Source of the DNA: Marsupella aquatica | Taxonomy: Eukaryota > Plantae > Marchantiophyta | Assembly (NCBI GenBank): GCA_973895155.1 | Contig: OZ316893.1 | Location: forward strand, 21,684,955-21,748,954 | Direction of reading: 5' to 3' | Length of the DNA: 64,000 nt | Part shown: piece after piece, positions 25,301 to 37,392 of the stretch | How positions within the stretch are numbered: the first letter of the stretch is position 1 | Layout of the letters: every line of letters begins with the position of its first letter | Notes under the pieces: generated by a model | The model's input: only the letters and a program-made list of their open reading frames with translations | Databases searched by the model: none | What the model was told of the DNA's origin: nothing | Position numbers and translations under genes: made by a program

Positions 25301-25733
25301 GAAAGTACTCATGCCTATCAAAGCCCGTCGAAGGACTTGACTGCTATCAACAACCGCTTGAACAACAGGTCGTGACATGTTCGCTAAGGCTGTGGAAGGA
25401 GAACTAGCAGTTTCTAATCTAGGCATTTTTTGCGAAGCCTGTAATGAGATTTGACGTTCGTTGTGTGTATAAACGGTAATCTTGGGTATGTCTGCTCAAT
25501 TTCTCTACTGCCTGGTGTTTTGCAGGCGCGTTGGTAGGCTAGACTTCAATGGTACTGCGCTGGTAAGTGATTCGCTAGTAGCTGGAAGCCTGGACCCATG
25601 CACAAGGAGTGCAAATCATCATTCGGTACGTTTGACCTCAGATTCTGTCCTCCGTGGTCAGTCACAGCCTTCTTGGACTATGGTTGCACCTCTCCCACCC
25701 TCTCCCATGAAACGCCCTCGAGCTGACAGGTAG
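16298..25733 (+). CDS. RBR: Retinoblastoma-related protein, 18 exons, 1084 aa
   Basis: Exons: 16298-16474, 17036-17140, 17472-17620, 17750-17846, 17992-18038, 18255-18462, 18814-18880, 19025-19210, 19504-19694, 20041-20914, 21366-21564, 21699-21771, 21905-22081, 22379-22498, 22649-22796, 24128-24237, 25250-25368, 25526-25733. Total 3255 nt; all phases are consistent and no internal stop. A pocket [13 protein letters not shown]...[13 protein letters not shown]...[15 protein letters not shown]...LPRELKRHL; B pocket [17 protein letters not shown]...DIIKFYN; C-terminus [38 protein letters not shown]. Confidence 0.97.
22880..23790. repeat. Minisatellite in RBR intron 15, ~107-110-bp unit, about 8 copies
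   Basis: Unit GATTAGCAGCTGAGAGAGAACGCCC...GGGCTATAGATA...GAATGTACATTCGATTTCTCCAACATGAGCTGCCGTTGCCGGTAGAGTAGTACTTGCA. AGATTAGC anchors near 22981, 23090, 23200, 23307, 23449 and 23711. Confidence 0.92.
23800..24005 (-). mobile_element. Possible tRNA-derived SINE in RBR intron 15
   Basis: Minus strand GCTCTAGATGG (A-box-like), 34 nt, then GGTTCGAG (B-box-like). No TSD found. Confidence 0.3.
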
Positions 25734-27030
25734 CATTCACCTGCTTGGTTTCGTCGGGTCCTAAGGGATTCGAAGGTATAGGTCAGACTCTCTCCCCCTG
25801 GAGTCCACTGAAATTGCAGGTGATTGGTCTGACTCTGGTTTCCTGCCATGAGAGAAGGGCCAACTTGTGGAAGATGTGTACATATATAGTTTGCACAAGA
25901 TTTAGCTTGTGTTAGGTCTAAAACTTAGCTGTTAGTTGAACATGTCTGTTCTTGAACGGGGTCTGATCGGTAGATCAACAACACCCCTGTGTTAATCTTT
26001 AATTGCTCACGCTGGAGGTTCATCTGGGGGGAGTCCAAAGAAATGGGCTGGAAATCTTCTCTTCATATGGCATTTACTGCCGCGATCAGCTGTTGAGGGC
26101 AGGTGGCAAAACTCCAAATAAATGTGGTAGTAATGAGATCCACTTGCAGCTGGAGATGTGTCACTACCAATGCCTTGTTTTAATTAGAGTAATAAGTTAA
26201 TTTTGATTATTCTTGAAGGTGAGTAGGTCTTTATTCGCTGTTTGCTCTCTCCTAGATACACAAGTTGTAGTTGATGATGTTTCCACGTCGGAATATTGCT
26301 GTTAGCAAAATTTTTGGTGTGGCAACTCCATGCAGCAGTCCAGTTGCCAAGGTTTGCACCCGCTGCAAGAATCCAACTGACTTCATTCGGTTGGCCAGCT
26401 TGGAAGGTGATTTGGCATTTGTACAACATTTGGAAATAGAAAATTGATGATCGTTAATCTACAAAAGTAGGCCTGCCTTGAATTGAGCTTTGAGCACAAT
26501 GTCCACTGCTGATTTTCTTGCCACTATTTCACAGACTATGGAGTGAATCTTGATCTACTTTGGATTCGCATTTTGTGTTTTCTTACCCCTAACAACATCG
26601 TGAGTCATCGTACACATCGTGTGCAGCATCGTGAGTCATTTTTGAACAGCTTTCACATGTTGATTTGGCATTTCATTATCTTAGGCATACACATGAAGGC
26701 ATCAAACGCACTCATGATTCAGGAGATGGAACTGGCTTTGGACTACTATGACCTGCATGGCTTCTATTTATCTTATTTATAATATTGATTAATTTGTCAG
26801 AGATATCAAAATTAGACTCCCATTGTTAGAAATTGGTGACAACGCAAACATTTCTTTTCTCTTAGACTTCCAACATAGCAACCCCACTCTTTGGCTGAGC
26901 TTCGTACCTGTCTTGTATAAGTAGTTGCTGCTGACGTCGATGTCCAGTAAACCGTGCATTTCATGCTGTGACTATTTCTAGTTGTTTGAGACTTCACATT
27001 AAAGTGCTGGAGAAGAATTTTCACCTCCTA

Positions 27031-27421
27031 TGTGACGATCCAATTTTTGATTTTCTGGGAAACACATCATGAGCACTCTCCAGCTTCGTTTGTAATGATA
27101 AATACCACGAATACATAGCGGCAAATTCCCTCCAAGTCTCGAAAATTTAACAAAGAATCGGTTCAAAACCTAGCAGTCGGTCGATTGATTGATTACACGA
27201 CACGAGCAACTCTCAACAATCTGCAGTGCACATGAACTTCAGAACAGACTGTAAAGTTTAGTAAATGTCCGAAATGTTATAGATGAAGTAGCCGGTTGTG
27301 TTCTAAAAATTCTCAAAAGTATCCAGCGACAAGCGCACATTCCCATGACAGTTCTTCAGTTTTGGGAGAGTAATTTAGGTGTGACGATCCAATTTTTGAT
27401 TTTCTGGGAACACATCATGAG
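27031..27421. repeat. 42-bp direct repeat pair
   Basis: TGTGACGATCCAATTTTTGATTTTCTGGGAA(A)CACATCATGAG at 27031-27073 and 27380-27421. Confidence 0.85.
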
Positions 27422-27694
27422 TTTAGCTAGCTTTGATTGAATTCAACAGGACATCACTTTTCTCAACAGACAACGATCATGAAAACAATTCCCTTGCCCT
27501 GGGCGCAGATTACCTTTCAACGTAATCTGGACCAATGTAAACAGCTAAGATATACCCAACCAAGACGAGGGGCAAAAATGATTGACAGGATATACAGCAA
27601 TCTGGAAGTTGTTCAAAGGGGAGAGGAAAGTTGAGCCCAGATCGACCTAGGGGTTTGTTTTGCCCATGCCAATGGGCTGTGACACACTGTTTCA

Positions 27695-27911
27695 CTTTAC
27701 ACTCAAATCCACATTGTAGGACACTTCACTCTTGAGAAGGATGCTTTACACTCAAATCCACATTGTAGAAGGACACTTCACTCTTGAGAAGGACGCCGGG
27801 CTATTTATAGAAGGACACTTCACTCTTGAGAAGGACGCCGGGCTATTTAAAGAAGAACACTTCACTCTTGAGAAGGACGCCGGGCTATTTAAAGAAGAAC
27901 ATTTCACTCTC
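27695..27911. repeat. Minisatellite, 42-bp unit
   Basis: CTCTTGAGAAGGACGCCGGGCTATTTA... at 27781, 27823 and 27865, preceded by two TTTACACTCAAATCCACATTGTAG copies. Confidence 0.9.
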
Positions 27912-28149
27912 TATTTAAACAACATTTGTATGTCTGTTTCAACTCAACATTTTCCATTCCAGCATGTTCTCTGATGTCCAATACAAAGTTTCAATTTTTT
28001 CTGAAACCATTTGATCCGTTGCTGATAAGTGCAAAAATGATCAATTATTATAAATTAATTGCCAACAGAGGCTCACTTTTTTTTTTTTTTAAGAACCCGT
28101 GCAGTACTTGGTCACGAGCACAAACTTACCAATAAAGGATGCTTTGAGT

Positions 28150-29390
28150 AGTTTGTGTGAACCTTGATTTACAGGTCACATAGGAGTCAAAATTGTAAAG
28201 AGTGTTATCTGAGCAGATTTTGATCTTCTGAGTCACTCCATCCCAACTTTGGAAATCCATGGAAGCTTCATTGCAAACCCTTCTGTCCTACAGGCTTTAC
28301 TTTTAGCAGAGAGACTCGTTTGTGGACTCGAGAGAATCTGAGTCATAATTTTGCAAAAAATGCATAGAAGCGTGAGACGGAAGCTTTGGTTATGGCGGTA
28401 AGTTCACACTACAGAGATTTTCAATTGTCAATGTCGAGATCAGCTTTTGGCACAGGGCTGGGAAACGAAGGAACTCCAAACCGTTCAGGAGAGACAAAAA
28501 TCCTAGAGAACACGTTTTAGCGGAATCCAAAAAAGAAGCTTTTTAATTGTGTTGATCATGTAGAAGTACTCTCTTCAGTGTAGTTTGTTCAGTTTGACTG
28601 TCTTAGTAGGTCACGAATGAGCTCAAACCAAACTGGAGAGGACTTTATTGGACCACCTAAGAATCAATGTGACATCATTGGAGTGCAGGTTGACAGGAGT
28701 TTCTCCAAATCATAGCTCCTGTTCAATATTGATAATGGCTTCCTCAAAGTTCGAATGATTTCATTCCTCAGCACAATGACAGATTGGACACAGAAGCTCT
28801 AACTTCTAAGCACACCAGTGAGATATGAGTAGTTTTGTTTTCTCAGAATTGCCCATCGCAACTGATCGTTCATCTGCTCTGCTAAGTGCAGCAACTAGCT
28901 TTCTAACTTGATATAGTGTACAATTGAAGCTAAGAATGTCAAAAACTATAAAGTTCCCAGTACTGACGAACCTACCGAACTGAGTGCAAAGAATCTAGTT
29001 GGTATGGTAATTTGCAAAACTTTCCCAAGAGAGGAAACCGCTCGATCAGGATACAACAGAATTTGAGCTTTAAGAAATTCCAAAAATGATTCAAACATCA
29101 AGAGACTTTGTTCCACAAGGATGCACCTTTCAAAGAGAACCCTGGGGAGCAGCAATATCTCGCTGAAATCCCTGATTTGTGAGCATAATAACGTTCGAGA
29201 CATATATATAATGTTGACATCCATGTTAGTTGTGAAATCAACAGCAGGACAAGTAAAATTTTGGTCGAACTGTCGTATAAAGAAGCTGACATGTGGTAGC
29301 ACCAAGGCTATTGAAACATTGGTCATGACTACAAGATAGGATGAAGATTTTAGAATATGTTCACTTTGACCTCGGAGTTACACACTTAAA
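28150..29390 (+). pseudogene. Possible decayed coding sequence of unknown family
   Basis: Frame 28332-28802 has 157 codons with only four internal stops, all TAG. Protein-like segments continue to ~29390. No motif recognised. Confidence 0.3.
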
Positions 29391-32300
29391 ACCGTGCCGC
29401 ACATGAATGAATGAATTTGTATCGATATACCCTGCTGGACATAAATGATGAAGTCAGAGTTTGCAAAGATGGCCCCCATTTCACCTGGCCTAACACACAC
29501 ACACACATAAATAAACTGTACATGTTTCAGTTTTCAAGAATATATATAGCACTGCATAGGAATAAATAGTGTCCCGGGAGACATGATCCCAAAGGCAGGT
29601 TACCCAAAAAAGGGGTAAAACAAAGGGGAAACCCAGGAAGACCAAAGTGCCAAAAAGCCCAAGAGTCCCAAGAACTGCAAATGAACTTTAAAGCATGGTA
29701 GAATCAGATTTGCATCCCACACAACACCTACTGTAGATAGCTGGATCTACGAATCTATGTTTGAGCGCACGCATGAGTTTTTCATTGGTTTTTATATCGC
29801 ATGGAATAGAAATGGCCAAACAATCAAATTCTAGTCTTTCCTGAAAATTAACGGGTGATAGAAAAAGTAGAGCACCCGGGAAAGTACCATCACCAGTTCA
29901 AGCTAGATTTTTTGGGGCATAGCATTGAGAGTTCACAATCACTCATCGTCATTGCAGGTAGTGGATGATCTGAGCTCCAAAATATTTTTCACAGATATTC
30001 TCCCAAGAAAGATTCGCCGGTCGGTCACCTTAAGGCAGCTGCAAAGATCAAGTTGCACACAGGGGTGCACTTTAGTTGTGCTTCAGGTTGCATTCAGCAC
30101 TCCCAAAAGATACCATCCAACCTTTAGTTGTCCAACAGTTTGGGTTTTCTTTATCGTTTGAAGAACTTTTCGATGGAAGAGAAAATGAAAGGAATCATTC
30201 TCCACAACACGCGGGGTATTTCTGACATGTTGACTCGCCCCTAGTATACTTCTGAACTTTTGAGGAAGCAGTCTGTTGTACCGTTACAAATTCTTTGGTG
30301 TGAACGTGCCTGTGTCCATGCCAAGTCAGGGCCACACTTGTAAGGTACCGTTACTGCTATGTATGTGTTTGTGGTGAGACGAGTAAGTTGAACGTGAGTC
30401 CAAAGTGCAAACTCCAAAGGCCGGGCAAGGCTATGGCAGATCGATCACTGGCACGCAGGGCCAAAGATAACTTCCAGTACAGTACTCTACTTTTGGCAAT
30501 GAAGACAGGAATTGCAGCAGCTGAGCACATGGAATGGAATGGCATGGCAGTCAACATAACATGGCTACGGTAGTACTGCGCTGCTGTTCTCTTTATTGGA
30601 GAGGAGACAGGGAAGAAGGCGTGTGCATTCCATTCTCTCCCTACTCTTGCACATTGTCACCCTGTACAAAGCGTAGCCACGTAAGTGATTTCCCTAAAGC
30701 AATTCGTATTTACTCACAATCATTTGCTTTGATTTGTGCTCTTGAGCTATTGACTGTTATATTGTTGTTGTAGTGGTAGGTCCTATACCACAAATTAGAC
30801 GGTACTTACTGTACAGCAGCACCACAGCGGATCGATATACACTGAAATTCTGGAAAGGGCGAGGACCCAATGAGCAAAGAAATCCAGTGAGAAGAACTGA
30901 ACTATGAGTGCGTACATGCGGCTTTCCCGCAAAGTGTAAACTGCACTCCTCGTGGCCTGGCCTGGCATGGCCAGACCAAGTAAGTGAGCTTGCGTGATGT
31001 AACTTTCTGCCGAAGAAGCCCTCCAGAATGGTAGACTCTGATAAAGAGATCGACATTGATAGACTTTAGTACAGTAAGAGATAGAGGAAGAGGAAAAGAC
31101 ACAGCAGATCTGTCTGAATGCTTTGCTCAGGAAATCAAATTTCACTTCAGACAATTTTCTGTAGTGTGTCATCTTTTTTGATCTGAATTGTCTGAATTGC
31201 GTCACTGTATCATCTGATTGCATTGAAGACTCGGAGCTAAGGGCACGAAAGATTCCAGACTAGGGTCAGATGAGATGGCAGAATAGGAACCGATTGGACA
31301 CAGCTTGGCTTGGCTTGGCTTGGCGATGCTGCTTGGTCTGGTCTTGTCTGCTGAGCCTGTTGTCATGCTGCTCTGCTGCTGGAGACTGAAGTGCTGGTCG
31401 ACTCACGAGACCCTTTAGCAAGTTAGTCAAAGCTTTGTCGAGATCGATGCACCCTCGTGCGACGAGCCGCGTCAGGAATTTAGGCATTTAGCCCTGGTGC
31501 TGTGCATGCCGACAGATGATGCTGCATGCCATACGGTACCTTAACAGTTCCGCACCGTGACTTGAGATGGATGAGTGTTCCTTTCTTCCATCCGTCTCCC
31601 ATTGATGAGACCCAATTCACATCAATCTGCTGCACTAACTTGACTGACAATTTTCATGCGAGAACCGCACGCTCCTCTTTCGTTGCACCACAAACTAAGT
31701 GAGACTTTGACTACACGACTACATATTGTTGCAGTTTCGGTATATACGAAGTAGATTACACGAATGACTACACATTGTTGCAGTTTCACTATATACGAAG
31801 TTAGTAGATTACAGAATGGAGAGAAAAGTGGAGTTTCTAGACCCGTGCACTCTCGAAATACACAGTGTCAAAGAACTAAATGCGCCAACCTGGATAGATA
31901 CAGATCCCCAGGGCAGAAGACCCAGTAAAGGGGAAATGACCCAGGAAAACCAAAGCTGAAAAGGGCCCGAGAGTCCTCAACAAGAGTCCCGCACTATCGC
32001 ACAGTCAAACTTTTTTGTGACAATCCTATGTGACTAGAGTCCCTAAAACCAACAACCCGCCCTTTGAAGAGTGGTGACGAATGTTTGAGCCCTCTGTTGT
32101 GCAACAAACACCCCTTCTAGATAGAAACAAAGGGTATGGACCAATTCATCTGTCTATCGACACTATGATGAAGTCTACCTTAAGTTTCATGACCTAGTCA
32201 ATAGCGTGAATCCATTCGGCCAATAATTTCTCTGGTAACATATATTTTTGATATTTGGAGTGACCAAGGAAGGCATGCGAGTCTAGGGTTGGGAAACCCT

Positions 32301-33659
32301 TTGTATGAGCATGGATTGGTAATCATGCTAATTTAATAAGACATGAAAGAAACTCACTCAGGAAAGAAAACTAAGGTAAGGGCGTATGGTCTCGAGTAAA
32401 GCCTCTAGACCATGGCTTCGGCGTGCAGCATATCTTGGGGGTAGGGTGGGGGATAAACAAGCTGGAAACGAGCATGATATAAGAGGATTGTACTCACCAT
32501 CTACTTGCAAGCAAAGCTCAGACATTAAGACTAGTTAATAATATTCTATGTGACAATGTATGCAGCCTATCCTGGTCTCACACCCGCTCCAGAATGAGTG
32601 CTAGGATATGTATTCACAGTAATAAAGTCATTAACAAATAGAAAGACAGTGCAACTTTTGTCACCAAAAATCACAAAAATTAAAGTGGTATATAAAAAAA
32701 CAGCTTTTAAGTACATTGCCTTTTTAAATTTTATTTACAAATTGCCTCTGTTTTTGTGCATAGAACTCCCCTAGTTGCAGGTGAATTGTCATCCATATCT
32801 GGAATCATGGCATATTTATAAATACAAAAAAAACTGTGACAATATTGTCAACTAGAACATCTTTAGTGGCAAGGTACCTAAAAATTGATAAAAGAAACCA
32901 AATACAATCCACGAAGCAAGCCTGTAAAAGGGAGACGATCCAATAGGGGAAAACAAGCCAGAAACCCCATACTCAAACTTGCATCAGGTGAAGCCAGGAC
33001 TAACCCCTCAACCTGATAAGCTGAGGTTAAGCGAAGTAAAATGAGGTATTACACTACTACGGTAAGTTGGAAATGCTCCCCCCCTTCTCACTGTCTGGCC
33101 AAGAGATGATGTTTGGCAATGAACTGTCCTGACAGGGATGAGAGAAGTGATTGCATCTTGTGAACAACTTGAACAAATGCTATGAAGATGTGAAGATTAT
33201 TGAAAGTGAATCAGACAATACAAATGGAGGGAACAGAGTTTAATTGCATGATTGTAACCTCCACATTCAAAATGAGATATATTAACCCAGTGTATATTTT
33301 TACATATGATCTCCAGTATATATTTTCAAACCTTTTTGAAGAACCATCATAGCCATCATCTGGAATTGCAATTTTTGTTTTACAACATATTTCTGAACAA
33401 TTTTTGACCACCGAAATACTTGGTCCACATATGGCCCCTTTTGTGGTGTAGCATCCAGACTACCTGAATTTTTTATTTTATAATTTCTCAAATAACCCTG
33501 CAGATGTTTAGTCCATCTATTGAGAAATTCCTCACATCCAAACAATGTACCTGATTTCCTTCTGGATATTAAATGTTTACACATGAAAGTATCAGTGTAG
33601 TTTGTTTGCATCTTTCCACTACCTTTTGGGTTCTACTTTTTAGATATATGGGGTCCGGT

Positions 33660-34290
33660 ACGTCTCAATGGCCCCAATTGAGCCCTTTGCCAAAAAACCG
33701 AAAGAGCTAGAGACAGGAGCCCCATTGCATGTATCACAGATCTGACAGTGGGCCAGGAAATACTTCTTTAGAGAATTGCCTGGAATTCCCTTGCCCCATC
33801 AGCAACGTCAAGGGATGGTATCTAGAGAATGTTGATACACAGAGTTACTTTAATTTCCAAAAATCTTTAGACCTGCCCTAAAATTTAGTTTGTAGATTGA
33901 ACGCGCTTTATCAGGAGAATCTGTCAGGAGAGAATATATAGGGCAGACAGCAGAATGCATTGGGCAAAGGGGAGAGTGCACTCCATAACCTGGAAGATGC
34001 AATCTCTGTTTAACTTGACTTTAAAGTCTGGAAAATCATGGTCATGACTGTTCAGCCGAGGCGGTTGATTTTAGGACCTCTAGACAAATTTCTCCAGTAG
34101 CGACTCTCCCATGCGGTTTACTCCTGAGATTTACCAGGCTTTTCCGTTTATTACTGAGTAGGGCTTTAGTTTCTTTGGGGATGTGTGGGACTCAGGATGT
34201 TTGACTCTTTGGTAATTCCTAGCCAGAGTTATCCTTCGTTTCCCCCCGTTTATTGGATTTTCTGCCTGTAAGGTGTGTACAGGCTATCAA
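33660..34290 (+). mobile_element. Copy of the dispersed decayed repeat family also at 8300-8950
   Basis: TTTACCAGGCTTT...GTAGGGCTTTAG...CTCTTTGGT is shared with the reverse complement of 8390-8480. Confidence 0.4.
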
Positions 34291-36071
34291 TTGATCAGGA
34301 GCACAGGCACCCGTGACCTTGTTGAGTTTAATACCTTAGCCTACTACTGTAGGTCTGGCTCCAGAATTGCATCGAATCCCATCTGCCATGTTTAAAAACA
34401 AGTCCTTCCAAAGATACATTCGGCACAACCAGTTCCACATTGCAGAAGCCCATGTTATTAGTACAATACAGAAATGGTAAGGAGCAGAGGAACCCTACCC
34501 ACTGTTATTTCCATCCCATCTTGCTCAATCAGTTGCATGCAGCCCTCACACCCTCACTCAACCACTCACCCCTGCACCCACTCACTCTCCCTCTAGCTCT
34601 CTTTCCTTATTACTTCTCTCGCTTGCTTGAGTGTGGATGTAGCATAAATTAATAAGCTGCAGAGTCGTGGTCTCCCCTCTGCCCACATACCTCCACCTCT
34701 CCATTCAATGGACTTTTCAGAACTTTTGGCTTGAGTAGTCATAATCCAATTCAATGGCAATTACTAGGAATCTCATGCTTTCTCCTCCACAATTTGAATG
34801 GACATCATGCTTGCCAAATGAATGAGAGACATGATGAAAAGAAATGAATGATTGAGGAAATGAATGCCCAAGGGAATGAATGGAAGAAAGTAGGATACTC
34901 CCCAAGAGCAACCAAACTGATGGCAAGCCATCATTGATAGAATGAGGGGGACAATCGTACCCACCATAGGCTGGGGTTTGTCTATAGGAGAACCATAAAA
35001 CCCCTGGCCTTGAATCCCCAGAAATAGGGCTTTCACATGACTAAGCAAGTTAGCTTGAAAAGGCTCACTTCAGAAGGAGTTATCTTCAAGATTTGTAACA
35101 TCTTATATCTCATCCAATGATCATGAAAAACTTATGGGGGTGTGTGGGTGGACCATGCATTGCAAATGGCATATAGACAAGCAGATTATTGTATGCAAAC
35201 CAAGGTGAGGATGAGGAGAAAGCTGCTTACAAAATATAGATGAAACCAAAAGCAAAACTCACAACCTTGGTTTTGAAATTTCTCACAACAGTAAAATTTA
35301 CATTCAAGTTCAAAATGAAAGATGCAAAATGTTACTTATTTTCAGGAAAGAAATTTCTCTGTGAATTCAAAATTGAACCAGTACGTGATGCCAAACATGT
35401 CCCACGGTAACTTGACTTCTTCGAAGTTAGAAGAACTCACCAAAAATTTCTACTATACTGATGATTGTTCTTTGAGTAATATCCAAACATGTTACTCAAA
35501 GAACAATCATCAGTATAGTGGGGTATAGTAGATTGTTCTTTGAGTAAAATTTCTATTATACTGATGATTGTTCTGCGCAACTCATATTCTTTGTTGCTAG
35601 TGCTAAGTCAGAGTTCATACAAATCTATGGTTTGGGCTGGGGGTTTCCTTTGTCTCTTCATGATAAAGCATATATACCCCTATCTCTTTTGGGTTCTTAC
35701 TCTTTCTTACAACTAATAGTTAGTAACAATTAGTCTGGCTTTCAAGAAATGTGCGTAAATTCAGGGAACCATAGTTGGATTGGTACAAACTTATTAGCAA
35801 GAATACGCACAATAGAATCAGATTATGATAACGTTTCTGCTACTGGGAAGTTTTCTATGCTTACAACATGAGCAAGAAGCATTATTTAGCATTATGTTCA
35901 TGTTGAGGGAGAGAATACCCTTAAGCAACTGTAGCTGCACAATCTGGGATTCCTGTCCAATAGGGCAACTAGTCAACTTGGTCAACTTGGTCAACTTTCA
36001 AGTTCCCTATTTCTTTTTTCGGCAAAAGACAGTATCCAAACAGGAGGGTACCAACTACTTGAGTAGGGCTA

Positions 36072-36250
36072 GGGCCTAGTAGTCTAGCCCAGGTGGTCAG
36101 GGGATTGGGACCTGGGGTCAGTAGATCTCACGTTCAAGCCTCCCCTGTCTCAGTGGGTGTGGGGAGGGTTGGTGGGTGTGTGGGTTGGGCCAAGTGCCAT
36201 GCAAATTGGACAAAAAATTGCATTCCATAAAGAAGGGAGAAGAAAAAGAG
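36072..36250 (+). mobile_element. Probable tRNA-derived SINE
   Basis: A box TAGCCCAGGTGG (36085-36096) and B box GTTCAAGCC (36132-36140), 35 nt apart. No cloverleaf; A-rich stretch downstream. The 3' end is approximate. Confidence 0.45.
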
Positions 36251-37230
36251 AGCCATGAACACAGTAACCAAACTGTTTTCAAATCTTTTCCCAAGGTTCA
36301 CTCAACAAAAGTGAACTATTCCCTTAGAGCATCCCAACCCGCAGCTCTATCTTGGATAGATCACCACTGACATGTAACAACAGGGTAAAACCTCTACTTA
36401 CCACCAACTACGTTCAGGCTTGCTGCTGCAAATGTAGTGCCAATGACCTATTGCATAACGCACATAAGACCTCCTTCCTCTGTCGTTGTTGCCTGTTTAT
36501 TTTAGCTGCTGGAATGGTCAAACAAACAACAGGGTCCTCTCTCTGTTGCTACTCATGGGATTCTATTCTTTCCGGCTATATATTCACTATTATGTCAGCT
36601 ATATTTGCAATCTACAGTCTACCATCTCGCCCCATCGGTGGGGGTGCTCTTATCCCACACACCAACGAAAGCAATTCTATTTCCTCCCTTGGTGATGAAT
36701 CTTCTATTCCCACATCCTGCACAAGATTTGCATGTAATGTGCAGTTCCATACAGTGTAGAAGTGCATTTCCCATACAATGAGCGTATCCTCATGATTCTT
36801 TCCCCAAACCCACAGGGTATGGAAAGATTCTGGACCAGTGTTCTTTGGAAACTCGTCTGTCGTTGCCTATTGGGTGTCGCCATTGAATGCCTCCCCAGGT
36901 GCTGCCTGTTATTGCATGGTGCACATCACCCACAAAAGCTCAAGACGTGAGGCTGTATTTCTTCAACTTTCAAATGCTACCTACTAGGCTTGGTTCCTCA
37001 CAAGTGCAGAGCTTGCTCAACATTAGTTGTCCCAGCAAGCATAGCCCAATGGTAGCAGTCTTTATTGCTATTTGTGAGGCTCCGAGTTTGAAATTCATCC
37101 TAAACCCTAAACCCTCATCCAAAAGCAGCATTTGTTAAATCCCTTGACACCCAAAAAAATCAGACACTTGGAGGTCACTTTCTTATCAGCTTTACGAAAA
37201 AGAAGGCATGCAAGCACCGTCTAAGAGTGG

Positions 37231-37392
37231 GACCCAAGGAATTATAATAAATGAATTCCTCAAGCACAATAACCTTAGTAGATAGACCCAAGGAATTATA
37301 ATAACTGAATTTATTAAGCACAGTAACCTCAGTAGATAGACCCAAGGAATTATAATAACTGAATTTGTTAAGCACAGTAACCTGAGTAGATC
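37231..37392. repeat. 54-bp tandem repeat, 3 copies
   Basis: GACCCAAGGAATTATAATAA at 37231, 37285 and 37339. Confidence 0.92.

Noticed and set aside
27695-27911. Regularly spaced repeats resembling a CRISPR array (also 37231-37392 and 22880-23790)
   Set aside because: Units are head-to-tail without unique spacers, there are no cas genes, and the context is eukaryotic.
33211-33611. Minus-strand ORFs that might be a LINE C-terminal region
   Set aside because: No clear RT or zinc-finger motif; too decayed to call.
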